From Lama glama (Eukaryota): a stretch of 64,000 nucleotides of DNA. The notes beneath the pieces were generated by a model that was not told the DNA's origin, did not search any database, and was given only the letters and a program-made list of their open reading frames with translations. Location: positions 37,140,001-37,204,000 of the forward strand of contig CM052818.1 in NCBI GenBank assembly GCA_028534125.1, read 5' to 3'. A program made the translations under genes and the position numbers. Below, in pieces: positions 37,491-50,230 of this stretch (position 1 is the stretch's first letter; every line of letters starts with the position of its first letter).

Positions 37491-40400
37491 AACAACATTA
37501 CAGAGGTATTATTTACTGCCCCCGTTTTACATTTAGGGAAATGAGTCACAGGGTTAGATCATTTACCCAAGCTCATCTGATTATTTCCTAGAGGGCCCTA
37601 GGGTTAGAACACAAAAATTTGATTCCCTGATGGATATGCTTTCCTTTGCATTGCTTTACACATAAGGGAGGTTTAATAAATGCTTCCATGAATAATATTC
37701 TCCAATCAGAAGCCTGGGTTCCCCACTCTGTGGCCTTATTTAGGGGTGTGGCCCTTCCTTTTCTTGTGCAAGACCATGATGTGTCAGTGTCCCAGAGGGG
37801 CCACTGGACTCAGAAGTGCCTTCTTACTCCAGTTCTTAGTGAAGGCCGTCTTCCCATCTGCCTTCCTTGCAGGGATCACAGACATGTAATTTGGTTCGAA
37901 AGTGAACCACATAGGAAAAAGATAGCAGATACTGAGGCCAAGGTGGCAGCCTTCCAGGGGACAGCAATATTTAGAGCCAGTGAATGAAGCTTTTCCAAGA
38001 TTAGATTTCCCTAGAACAAGGGTTAGTCTAAAACTTCAATGCCATCCATTTAAAAGGTGCATGCATAGAAACTTCACATTCAACGATGCTTTGAATCTCA
38101 AGACCTAACTGGTGTTCTCCCACCATCACCCATTCCCCAAGCAATGCTGTTCAGGGCGAGCCTCCTGATTGCTGAATCCAGCTTTCTGGGGAAGAGCAAA
38201 CAACCAGAAGGTGGCCTGTTGTGGTGTTTAGGCCATATGAATACTAAGACCTATTTGCAAACACTGTAGAAAAGCTAAATTGACTTAATTTCAATTTCTT
38301 GAGTTGAGACACTGAATTAAAAAACAATTTAAATGTCTCACATTTTTAGGAAAAAAAATCAATGCTTTAAAATTAATTTCATTTTTTTAAATGTACTGTT
38401 AGCTCAATAAAGCCTTTTGGGCTTTTTAAGCTAATTGTCTTTGAACTCATTTTAAATTCAAAAGTCTTTATAATTTTGATAATATTTTAAACACTTTCCT
38501 TGCTATAGCAGTTCACATTATAAGCTCAGAAGAATTCAGGAAAAATTAACAAGGCCCTTGTGCAAGAATGATACACATATTTTTGAACTGTTTCATTATG
38601 TTTGTAGAACAGTAGGAATTATCGCATTTTCTTTAAATAAATCATACATGTGTCTGTGTGTATATGTATATATGCATAGAGTAAACATTTCTAAATTCAT
38701 GCAGAAAAAATCTGAAAGACTCTACACCAAAATGTTATTTCTAGGGGATAGAACACTTGAGTATTTTGCTGTAAGTTTTATACTTTTGTTGTTTTAACTT
38801 GATTATTTCTAGCAAGTTGTTAAACTTTGTATAACTGACCAAACAGGTAATTTAAACATATTTTAAGCCCAGAAACAATTTGTTTGAATATGGTCAGTTC
38901 ATTTTGCCCAGGTGGGAACAGGATGCAAGGTTCTTCTTAACAGGTTGGCCACATATTGTGAACATTTTCCAAGCCGTTTGTCTTCCACAGCAGCAATATT
39001 TTAAATACTTTTATAAAATTGTGCTTGATAAAAGTATAACCACCCACTATCAATTTTCAAATCTCAAGGAGGACACACGTTCACTGGGAATAATACAGAG
39101 GTTAGGCAGAGCGAAAAGTAAATGGATTCTTTTCCCCACCACTTTCCTCTCCCCTTCTCTACATAAACACATTTCTCAAAGTTTAATGTACATTTTCCTA
39201 GTCCTTTTACTATTTATGTACAATTTCAAACAATACAAGAGAATATCCAATGAAAAGAAAACGTTCTATCCCTGTCACACACCTTCTTTTAACTGGTCTG
39301 TTTTTAATTCTTCTGATAGTAATTCCAGTATGATTCACCAGCTTAAAATACCATTTGTTGATTTGCTTAGTATATGAGACATTTCTGTCACTTACACAGC
39401 TTCCTTTTCCTTTAAACTGTCAATTACTTTGTTTTAGTTTAAAGTCTATTGGCTTATTTTCTGGTTTTGAAATTACATAAAATATCTATGTCTTGACCCA
39501 TCTACCTACATTTGCCTTTCTCCTTTAGGGCTAGGGCTGGTAAAGGGTTGGGGACATGGATTCCATGTGTTTTGTGTGGCATCTGCACAGAAGTACCAGG
39601 ATTCTAGCTCATTTTATGACCCAATTCTTCCTTCTAGAGCAGCCACAGAACCTAATCTCACAGACATCAGACTCTGCATTCTGAAAACCTACAGGAAAAA
39701 AAAAGAGAGTAGGGAAAATGTGTATCCAGGGCTCGTGGTTTGTCTTCCTCCACTGTCTTGAATTCATTTAGGACCCACGTCTGACTTCTTTGCGTGTATA
39801 GGCACAAGTCCCTTGAAGGCTGTGACTAAAGAAAGTATTTACCCTCTTCTTTGGACATGCTAGTGAGCAAGAAGGAGGTTGAGGTCAGATCTGTCACCAG
39901 ATGCTCTTCCATATTGCCCAAATTAAGTATCGTCTTCAGAAGCATAACGTTACCAAGCAAAGAGCTGGGATTTTCTGGAAGTGGGTTTTCAGAGAAGCAT
40001 TATTTCAATGGCCTGGTGTGTCAGCCTGGGATCACACACAGGGTGACAGACTTTTCAGACAGAATGCAATTCCAATACCCCTGCTAGGTCTGGGTAGGAA
40101 GGCAGGGAGGACATGAGGGAAGGGCAGCTGCTGGAACAGAGAAGGAGCTGTCCTGCTCCCCCTTTTAGAAAGCATCCCCGTATGTGTACAGCACTTTTTG
40201 AACCATGCTCAAATCCATCCTCGGGTGGATGACACATGATGCTTGCATCAGTCAGACCTAACCCATCCTCCAGCCAGTACAGCCAGGCTGGGGTCACTTA
40301 CACTGCTCGTTCAAATCATCAAGGATTCCCCCACCTTGTTTCCTCTGTGCTCACATTCTGCTCATTTCTTCACTGCAGCTAATTTCCCACAATTGACTCC

Positions 40401-41094
40401 ACTTCTGCTTTTCTGCAAAATCCTTTGAGATTCTTATGATTGTATTTCCTATATTCCACATTGTTTACCATCTAATGGTCTGCTCCTTCCTTTTCTGAAA
40501 TGACTCATCTTTATCAAGTCTTTCCAAGGCATTCTACTTGGTGTACAGAAAACAATTCTCTTTTCGTGTTCGTCTTCCATTGGTTTATGTGACATTTAAT
40601 TAAACTACATCATTACAAGAGCATATGCGCTGGCATAAATGGTTGGGGTACAATCACAGCCGACATAGCTGAGCATCCCACTCAATGGGTGGAAGTGACA
40701 GTGTTAATATATATGAGAAATTAGCCAACTTAGCAGAGAGCCTTCAGCATGCTGTGCCGTCAGTCAATATGATTTACCAAAGACACGGAGAGGATTCATT
40801 AAGTAGCTGGTGAAGGGAGAGCAGTTCAGAGAGCTTGCACTTCTGTGAATTCTACAAAGATTAGTCATCAGGGCCCTTCCTGCATCGCAGAGGACACTGC
40901 TCTAGCTTGTATCCCTGGGACCTGAGGTTGGGTTAGCCTGTACGTGGCTAGCACCTCGGCAGACCCATTTTGGATGTAGGAGGCTGAGAGGATGTGGGGA
41001 TGATTCAGACGACTCTGACATTGTCTTCCGAATTTCAGAGTTCAATGCCAGGATCACTAAATCGTGAGCTGAGCATAGCCCCAATTCTATCTAC

Positions 41095-41602
41095 TGTGGG
41101 AGGCAGAATACTGCCTCCCCCTCCCCTAAGATGTCCATATCCTAATCCTTAGAGCCTGTGGGTATATTAGGTTACATGGCAAAGGGAAAGAAAGGTTGTA
41201 GGTGGAATCCATGCTGCTCATCACCTTACCAGCAAATAGGGAGATTATTCTGGTGGGCCCAGTGCAAGCAGAAGGGTCCTTAAAAGTGGAAGAGAGTGAG
41301 TGGAAGGGAGGTGTGACCGGGGAGAAGGTCTGAACAATTCAATATCAGAAGGACCCCGCCTGCCATCGCTGGTGCTGAGGATGGCAGGGGCCACAAGTCA
41401 GGGACTGTGAGAACCCTCGCGAAGCTAGAAAGGCAAGAGAAGTAATTCTCCCGGTGATGGAATGCAGCTCTGCCTACCCCTTGATTTTAGCCTCGTGAGA
41501 TGTGCCTCAGACTTCTGACCTCCAGAGCGGCAAGAGAATAGGTGTGTGTGTTTTTAAGCCACTAAGTTAGTCATAATTTGTTGTAACAGCTAGGCAGCTA
41601 CA
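41095..41602 (+). mobile_element. MaLR solo LTR (MLT1D-like)
   Basis: tgtgggaggcagaata...ttacatggcaaaggg...ccttgattttagcc...agacttctgacctccagagc...ttttaagccactaag. Confidence 0.88.
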
Positions 41603-43194
41603 TTCTTACGTCTGTGATGTCTTCCCTTTTCCTAATAAAGGAAACTACATTTACAGAATTTATTTAAGGTCGGCTCCAAGTTTTTCCAACCCTAACTACT
41701 CCCCACTGTACCTAAAAGTAGTGTTAAAGCTGCTGCTTGTGACTAGAGGAATGTAAAATAAAGGGCCAAACCTCTTTACAACGAAATGTTTGAAATGCTT
41801 TAAATATCCAAGGAGAGCTTTGAAACAGCAGTTCTGTCATGGATGGAGAAGGAGCAGGAAGCATGAAGTGCCCTGCAATGGGCCATGCTTGATAAGCCAA
41901 GGTCCTGGGCAAGCGAGAGTCAGACCCTATTTGGAGATGGGAGGGCCTCTCGGGGCAGCTGGCATCCCCTGCCGTGCTCAGCTAGAATGGTCCCCAGAGT
42001 GACCTGGCAGACACCAGTCACTGCCAAGTTTATCTTGGTCAGTGTTGTCTATCAGCACAGAACCTCTTGCATTTAGACAGTGAGACCCCAGGGAGTTGCA
42101 AAGAGAAGCAAGGCCATAAAGAACAGGCACTGTTAAGTCGCTGGGGCTTTGTATAAACCACTGGAAGAACCAGAGGAGGGAGCAAAACATTCCGCAACAG
42201 GTCTGAGGCCTGTTGTGATGGGAGGTAGAGGGCTGTGAAGAGGTGGAACTTTGCCCAACTTAAAATCCAGCACAGAGGTAAGATACGCTTGCAGACAAAT
42301 GACTCACCCATGGCGGTGATTAAGTCCTGAGTGAGTGCCCATGTGGTCTGTGTTTACGGGGGACTTGCACTCCCAGATCAGGTGTCTGTGTCGGGGCCCA
42401 AGGGAAAGGCAGGAGAGAAACAGAAGAGGAAGATGCTCAGGGTTCTGGATGGGAGGCAGAGTGGCAGCACGCACGCTTGCTCAGGTGGCTCTTGGTTGAC
42501 CAAAAGGAATAACGCAAGAGATTCCGCTGTGAGACCTGTCCTGAGTGAGGAGCAGGTTCTCAGCAAATTGTGGCCAGTCTCTAATTCCAAATGAAGAAAA
42601 TATACTTGGTCTCACTAACAGGGGTTCTCTGAGGTTCATGAGAATCAGGGTGACATATATCAGCATTTCTGAAATGTTATCAATTTACAGATGGGAGGGA
42701 AGTTTGTCCAGGATGGATGGGTAGCTTGGGGCAAGGCATCTCACCTGAGACTTGATTTTTCTTGTGTAAAATGGGGTCAGGGGTTTCTCCTGTATCCTCA
42801 GCCTTGAGAAAAAGTGATATGTACCTGGACTATTTGGTAAACTTTGAAGTCCTTTGCTTAAGTAAGCTGTGATTAATATTTTCTTTGCTGTTAATAGATT
42901 GACTTTAATTTGTACCAATGCATCAGAATTACCAAAGCTCCAGAACAGTTTTTCTGCCAAGGTATTTTATGGTGAAAGAATGAATTGTTTCCTTTTCGAC
43001 CCTGTGACCTTCTTTAGTTCTTACCCCATATCTGTTCCCCTCCTCTTCACCAAATCCCATGTTTCTCACCACCCCATTCACTCCTTTGTCCCCATCACAT
43101 TGGCTTATACATTCCTGTTGGTTTATTGATATTACTTTGGACAAGGTCACTGATGATTTTCTCATTGTCAGATGCTATGAAATAATAGTAACAA

Positions 43195-43420
43195 TAGTAA
43201 TGAAGGTGATCGCTACTGTTTATTGAGCCTTCATCATGTCAGACATGTTTCTAAGTGATTTACATATTAACTAACTTAACTTCACACTATCCCGTGAAGT
43301 ATGTAGTGTTATCAATCAGATTAAGGAGGAAAGTGTGGCACTAAGAGATGTCCCTTGCCCACGTCAGAGTTTGCACATGGCAGAGACGGGACGCAAGCCT
43401 TGGCAATCACACTCCAGCAC
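43195..43420 (-). mobile_element. MIR SINE
   Basis: tttattgagccttcatcatgtcagacatgtttctaagtgatttacatattaac. Confidence 0.7.
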
Positions 43421-44834
43421 CACACTTGGGACCGTTAGGCTAGGCCACCTCTTTACGTCAGCCAGGCTGCGAGACCACCTAGATGTGGGCATTGCCTTCA
43501 CTGAGCATCCTTGGCTGGGGATGGGGCATGGAAAAGCAGGGTGGGTGTGAGTGTATTAGCACAGTGCAGCTGCCAGTTAGGTCTAGGGAAGCCCCTGCTC
43601 CTGGTACAGATGAGCCGAGGTGGGCAGCCTTTCCAAAGGTCCTTGGTTTGGGGCTGTGACTGGGTGAGTGCAGAAGGGCTGGCTGAAGCGGCTGTAATGG
43701 GGAGCCAAGGAGATTCTAGCCCTGCATTTGGATGAGTCACCAGCCAAGAGGAGGGGTCAGTTCCTCCAGATCTGGGCCACAGGCAGGGTCAGGAGGGTGG
43801 TTCATGGGAAACCAGGGCGATCTTCAAAACCTCTTTGTGGTACTTTGGGGGCTTCTGGATCTGCAGTTTCCTCGTGCGCAAGTGTCCCAGGCTTTATGAT
43901 GATGCTAAACTCTTAATGTTCTTGGGTGGTTCTCTCATTTTCAGGACTTGGGTTACAATGGCAAACTAGCTATTCTAATAAGTTAGGCAGTATCCTCCCA
44001 CACCCTTGTTAACTTCCTCTCCGCCTCCCTAGGGGTACAGTGAAGCTGGATGGGAAAAGCAGAGCCCATCGGGCTCTGCGTGTACATGTCCGCATCCTAC
44101 AGAGATGTGAGAGGAAAGGACGGAAGAGAAAGTGACATTCTGAAATGCTGTTTTGAGGGAAAACCCTCAAACATGAAATAAAGCTTTAATCAGCTAGAAT
44201 GCAGATGTGATGAGACTTGCCTGTTCTGGGATAAGTCATATTTTCAGATGTACATAAAGCAAGTTAGCCACTCATAAATATGATGATTCAAGACATAGTC
44301 CCTTAAAAAGCAATGTTGAGTAACTGGCCTGTTATTTTATGGGAACCGTTTAGTAACCATATAATGTAAGTGAGAGTCGACAGTGTAAACATACCTCACC
44401 CTCCCAGTCAAGGGAGAGTCACTGGAGTGTCCTGGGGTGACTTCATGCACCATGCCTGTGTGCCTCTGCACATGGAGGTGAATGTGGGCACAGATGAGGG
44501 CAGCTTTGTTTGTGTAAAGACATTTTATTCTGTCAACAGAATGAAAATCACTTGACATGGCAGTTCTGACTCTCCATGGCTGGGGGAATTTTGGTCTTCG
44601 TGTCCAGAAGAAAGCATGTTGGGTCTGGAAATCTTACAGCTACGTAAATACTTTTCTCAAATGGACACCAGATAGGACAATGTCTCTTTTGGGAGCCCAA
44701 TTTCTTCCATGAATTTCCCACCTCCTCCAGAAAGTCATACCCCTGTTGGAAGCATGTCTGAGATGCTCTGCTCGTCCTGTAGAAATCCCCCGATCTCTGT
44801 TCCCTGGGCAGAGGATCAAATTACCGACCATTAT

Positions 44835-45252
44835 TTCTTCTCACTCTCTTCTTAGTAATAGAATGCTCCCTCCACCTGGAGTTTAAGCTAGGAATGTGGC
44901 CACATCTAGCGAGATAGAGGCTGATTACTCAGCCTCCCCATCCTCTAGCTGTGGCATGTGATTAAACTGTGACCAAGAAAGTCATAACAGAAGTGATGTA
45001 GGCACATGTCCAGACTGGGCTTTATAATGAAGCTGCATGTCTTTCTCTCTTCTTTCCTCCTCCCCTCTGGCTAGGAAATGGCGAATGAAGCTGCTCCCTT
45101 GGACCCGAAGACAGAAACTTCAAATTGAGGACAGCAGAGCTGTCCAAACTTCCTGGACTGTTTGATGAGAGAGAAATGAAGTTCTCTTTTATCTAAGCCT
45201 CTGGGTTTGGGGGCTCTTTGTTATACCAACTTTTCTGTAACCTAACTGAAAG
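44835..45252 (+). mobile_element. Old MaLR LTR (MLT1 family)
   Basis: ctcagcctccccatcctctagctgtggcatgtgattaaact; gagagagaaatgaagttctcttttatctaagcc. Confidence 0.65.
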
Positions 45253-45479
45253 ATCTATATGTAGGGCCAGTTGTGGCCTGAAATATTCTGGTTGACTTCT
45301 CCCCACAAAGCCTAGATCTACTTCTTGAAGACTAGACAGAGCAACATGAGAGCAGAGGTCAGGATATTCTGGTTTGTTTAAACTACGACTCCTTGGAAAG
45401 TTACAGAATGGAATTCACTGCAGGAGCTAGGAGATAACCATAAAGAAATGCACAAATAAATGTTTTGTTATTGTTTCTG

Positions 45480-45920
45480 ATTGTACAACTTGATTTTGAT
45501 ACAATTTCAAAAATTATATAAAACTTACAGAAAAGTTGCAAGAGGAGCACAGGATTGTCTGCAAACGCCCTTTTCAGAGTTACCAACTGTTGCGTCCATT
45601 TACTTTCTCAATTCTCCTCTTTTATGTGTGTGTCTGTCTACTAATATAGTCTTTTTTTGTGAGTTACTTGAGAGTAAAAGAAACTGTCTTTTGTGCTTTT
45701 GTACTTTTTGGAAAAACATAGCCCAGGTACTTGTAGAATGCTTCTCAGACATGATTAGATTCAGGCTGTATATTTTGGGCAGGATGCCACAGAAGTGACG
45801 CTGTGTCTTCTCAATGCCTCATATTAGGGGTCAAGTGATGCCCCTTTGTAATTTTGATCACTGGGTAAAGGTGTTACCCACCAGACTTTTCCATTATAAG
45901 GTTACTGTTTTTCTTGGCCC
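45480..45920 (-). mobile_element. L1MC/ME-type 3' fragment
   Basis: aaacttacagaaaagttgcaa; atgattagattcaggctgtatattttgggcagga...gatcactgggtaaagg. Confidence 0.65.
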
Positions 45921-45959
45921 TGGTACCAAACATGTGAATGAAGAATTCTCCACATGATT

Positions 45960-46150
45960 CTAGCCCACAGTTATTTGAAAACTTCTCAGTTATTTGAATC
46001 TTCCTGAGATCCTGATGTTGTGGTGCAGAGGCAACTGCACCCCCTCTGAATTTCTGACCCACAACATCTGTGAGCATAATAAAACGGTGATTGTCTTGTG
46101 CCATTTTAATTTGAAGGGGTTTGCCGTGCGGTGATAGGTAACTGGAGCAT
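45960..46150 (+). mobile_element. ERVL/MaLR-class LTR 3' fragment
   Basis: tgaatttctgacccacaacatctgtgagcataataaaacgg...ggtgataggtaactggagca. Confidence 0.55.
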
Positions 46151-46739
46151 CTGTGCCTTTCCAAGTCCCCCTGAGGGACTGGGCCACCCTCAGGTGGGAG
46201 CCACTGTGCGTTCTAGCCTAATGCTTTCACTTTCTACTCCTTGTCAACAAAATATATTTTTAGTCAAAATATTAGGATATGGTGAGTGTTGTCTGTCTCT
46301 CCTGTGTCCTCTGGGGGAACAAGGTCGTGACTTCTGTGGGTTTTTTGGTAATGTCAGCAACCCTGAAACTTTAGCCTTGTTTACTCTCCGAAGTTCACAA
46401 AAAAAACTGTGGCATGTTCATGGGATACTGATTGCTTCCAAACAATAAGTACTTATATTAAGAAATATCAGTTGTACTGTGCTCTTGGAATAGCTGTGAC
46501 CCTGAAAAGGTGGTGATACAATGAATCTAGAGAAGGAATCATATTTCTCTAGAGGCGTGACATACATTTGGAGCTGTATTCCAGAGCCTTCTGTCTCACT
46601 GCCTTGACATTAAAGACTGGGTGAGTGAGGCGAGTGGGAGCTTTGAGTGATCCCTGTCTTGTCGTGCCATGTGTACTGTGACCATCTTCTCTTGACATCT
46701 AGTGGCTGACAAACCTGAGAGGGAGGCGGAACCCTGAAC

Positions 46740-46870
46740 ATTCCTCATTCATTCATTCATTCATTCAACAAACCAGGAATTAATTGTATCAGGTTTTGGT
46801 GAGAGAGCACTGCAGAAGTCAGGCACCATTCCTGCCCTCATGGTGCTTCCATTCAACCTACCAGGATGGA
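46740..46870 (-). mobile_element. L2 3' end
   Basis: cattcattcattcattcattcaacaaac...cctgccctcatgg. Confidence 0.75.
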
Positions 46871-49659
46871 CAAAGAGTGGGTCGTTTACAAGTCTGGTGA
46901 ATACAGTAACACTGTGCTTCTCACCACCTGTGGCAAAGGATCTGTTTGGTCTTCCTGTCTCTGGGTCATCTATCCAGCATGTTTGATTTCTCATCTGCCA
47001 TGGATAGATCTATCCTATTACACACAACTGAATACAACTGGGGCCATTGTGATTCACCCCCACATCTGACAACACCCAGACTAGTCTGTGTGCTGTTCAA
47101 AACAGATGAGTCCACAGCCTCCTGTCTGGATGTGGTGGAATGTCAAATTGCTCCCCAAGTATTAACACTTTTAACGTCTGTTTTCATCTCATTGCACAGA
47201 TCACTGACAAATCGTCCACAGTCTAGCCCTCATCCACAGACCATGCTTCGAGCAGCAAACCTGTAGAGAACTTGTATTAGGAGGGTATCATGTCAGTCAC
47301 CCTTCTTCACGTATTTCTCAACAAAAGCTAGAAAATCAGAGGGAGTTTTCTCACAATGCATAGACCATCTCATGTTCCAACTTCTCATTGTTTAATTCCA
47401 GGCTGATACAGGAGAATGGATAAGCAGAGGCCAGGCGTCATCACCTCACCTTTTGGAATCTACCTGTTGCTACATGGATGTGCTGGTTCCTCTCACGCTG
47501 CTCCCAGGATCACTCAGTTCAAGGCCCAGAGGGGATGACGCAGGCAGAGTCAACTTGCAGTGTTCCAAGTTCTTACGTACCCAGTGCTGATACCATGTTC
47601 TCTAAGACACCGTGTTCTCAGGAAGGCATAAGGAGGAAAGTGATTCAGAATTGCTATACATCATTCCACTTATGAAATGCTCAGTGATATCATCTGATTC
47701 TTAAAGGTAAAGAAAGGGTGACATACTAAGTAAGGAACTCTCTTGGGTGAACAGGTAAGAAAATGGACAAATTTTGAATTACTCTTTTTTCCAGGATTTA
47801 AAAGCCTGGGAAACAAAACCAATTTCAAAGTTTGGAGGAGGGTAGTTTTTCATGACCTAGAATTTCTCAACAATTCCAATGATAAATATTTTTCTTATGA
47901 ATAGTTTCTCCTTAAAATTAAAAAATCCAAAATGCAAGGAATTATGCAGCAGCTAAGCAGAATATTGACCTCAAACCCTAGCTTGCTTTGGGCAAAATGA
48001 GAAAAAGCATCTGTTTTATCCCAGATTGTACCAACCAGCCGGAAGTGAGAGGACTGGCCTCTCACTTCAGGGGGTGAGGAGGCCTCCAGGGAAGATCATG
48101 CGGCCCCTCTACTTCTCTCGTCTAATCTGGCCACAGGGCAGACTTTTGCAACAGAGCAGGGAAATCAGCTAATCATTGACACCTTGCCAGCTGTGGAGTG
48201 TATTCAGTGAGGAATTGGAACTGGCAAATGAAGTCCTGATGTTTGTGTCCAGATCTATTTGTCCAGAAAAAAATCATTCCCACCAAAAAGAAAAAAAAAA
48301 AATTCCAAAGAGCAAACAACAACATCCAAACTAAACAAGAAATTTAAAGGCCACCCAATAGTCATTTCTCCTGCCTTTCTTTCAAAATACCAGTGTTTAT
48401 CTAATAGACCCACAGCCCCGGGATGGACACAAACAGATCAATCACCAGGGTGTTCCACTGTGCCCATCATCCTGATGTCCGTTGATGGTATTTATCGGAG
48501 TCTGAAAGTCATCACACGGGCACAGGTGCAGCTGATGTGGCATGACATTGGTGCTATATAAAGGGCTGACAGTGACAGCATGAAGATGGAGGAAATTATG
48601 CCTGAGCTCTCCAGGCAGCCAGCCCACCTCCCAGCCCTCCTGATACCCTCTGCCTCACCTGAATCACCTCCTGGTCGCGACCGCCATGTCTCATCATTGA
48701 CTTCAGTAGCAGTTGGTACTCTGCTTGCTGCTTACTCTGCCTGCCACCAAGGCTGAGATGAATATCTCATGGGACCATCTTTCTTTGCTGGGATGAGCGA
48801 ATGTTTTTGCTCCCTAGCATGGAGCTATGCTTATTTCTCAGACAGCATACAAGTTTCCATAGGTTAAAAATTCTGCCCGTACTCAGAAGACAAAGACTGA
48901 GGCTATGAGAAAAACAAAACAAAACAAAACGAAAACCTCTCACACAAGCCAGGAATTTAAGGACATGAAAGGCAATGAGTCCTCTGCATTTTTAATGCTG
49001 GTTTATGAATGGAGGAGAACTACCTACCACTTGGGAGCCAAATCAAAGCTAGTACTTTATGTCGCTTAAATCAGTGAAATGCCACAAAAAGCCTGAGCTT
49101 GTCCAAGTTTCTGGCAGGCTGGTTGCCCGAGTTAAAAGCCACTTCCTGGGGATTTGGGCAGAGTCACCGAGGAGAATGAACAGCATTCATCAACACTTTG
49201 GTGATGAGCAGTCATCATCTACCCAGGGTCTCCGAGTTGAAGCTCTGAAAGGAGCCTCTGTCTACAAATCCCGTCTTTTGGGAGCCACTTGTGTGTTTCT
49301 AGGACATGAAGGTGTGTAAAGAAAATTTCACAGGTGTTCACAACCCCCTCAAAAGCTCTGCTTCCAACTGGGAAAGAAAGCACATTGCTGAAGTGTGTCA
49401 AGTATGATGTGCATAGAACAAGCAGAGACTGGGGGTCTCAACACCTAATTCCAGGTATTGCCACGGAGGACTTGGTGATGTGCTAGGGTAAGAATAAAGC
49501 ATGTTAGGTCCACCTGGGAAGGTGATCACAAACGAACTAAGTCAAGGCGTGATTATGCCACTGACCCTTTCGAGTCCCCAACAAGGGTCCTTCTGCCTGG
49601 TGGTGTTCAGGCCAGTAGAATGAGACACAGTTCAGTTCAGAAGCAAATGACATCCTTAT

Positions 49660-50230
49660 TCTTTGATCGAAGAATGGAGCGGAGCGAGCTCGTGCTCCAG
49701 GGTACACACCTCCCGGAGAGGCCGGGGGCGGGGCTGCTTCACAAGTCCTCCCCGGGGAGGGAGGGGCGCAGCTCTCGGGGACCTGGCGCAGCTCTCGCGA
49801 GTTGGGCACCAGGAGACCGCGCAGCGCCGGGCGCAGCCGCTCCGCACAGGCACACGGGCCGCCCCCGCCATCTTGAACCGAGGTGTCGTCATGAGCGTCT
49901 CTGCGCCCTGCCCGCTGGCGGAGCCCGAGCGCCCGCCGCGGCCGCTTCGTGTGAGGCGCTCTGGCCGGAAGAGCGCCGAGTGCAAGGTCTCGTGTGAGCG
50001 GAGTGAGTCTAGACGAAGCGCAAGGGAAGGAAAGAAGGTTGGACTTTATTACTGGGATTCTATTTTGATTTCCCGGGAATTGTTCTTGGGCTTTGCCGGT
50101 GACGGGAGGGCTAAGAACACTGTCCGGTTCTTGCTGCTTGTTCTGGCGCCAGACATCCCACCCAAGGAAGGACACACACACCCCCTCCGGATCACAGAGT
50201 CCCCGAGTGGCTGCAAGCGAGCTGTCTGGG
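49660..50230. promoter_or_regulatory. CpG-island promoter of an unidentified gene or lncRNA
   Basis: The only strongly GC/CpG-rich segment in the window. GC box ggggcgggg 49725-49733; tctcgcgagt (BANP/Kaiso-like) 49793-49802; YY1 cgccatcttg 49866-49875; ETS ccggaag 49965-49971; candidate + strand donor gtgagt 50003-50008. Confidence 0.8.

Noticed and set aside
38880..39377. 165-aa ORF on the + strand
   Set aside because: Non-ATG start, AT-rich, no recognisable protein family and no clear exon boundaries.
44059..44079. 9-bp inverted repeat GCAGAGCCC-atc-GGGCTCTGC
   Set aside because: Short enough to occur by chance in 64 kb, with no supporting context.
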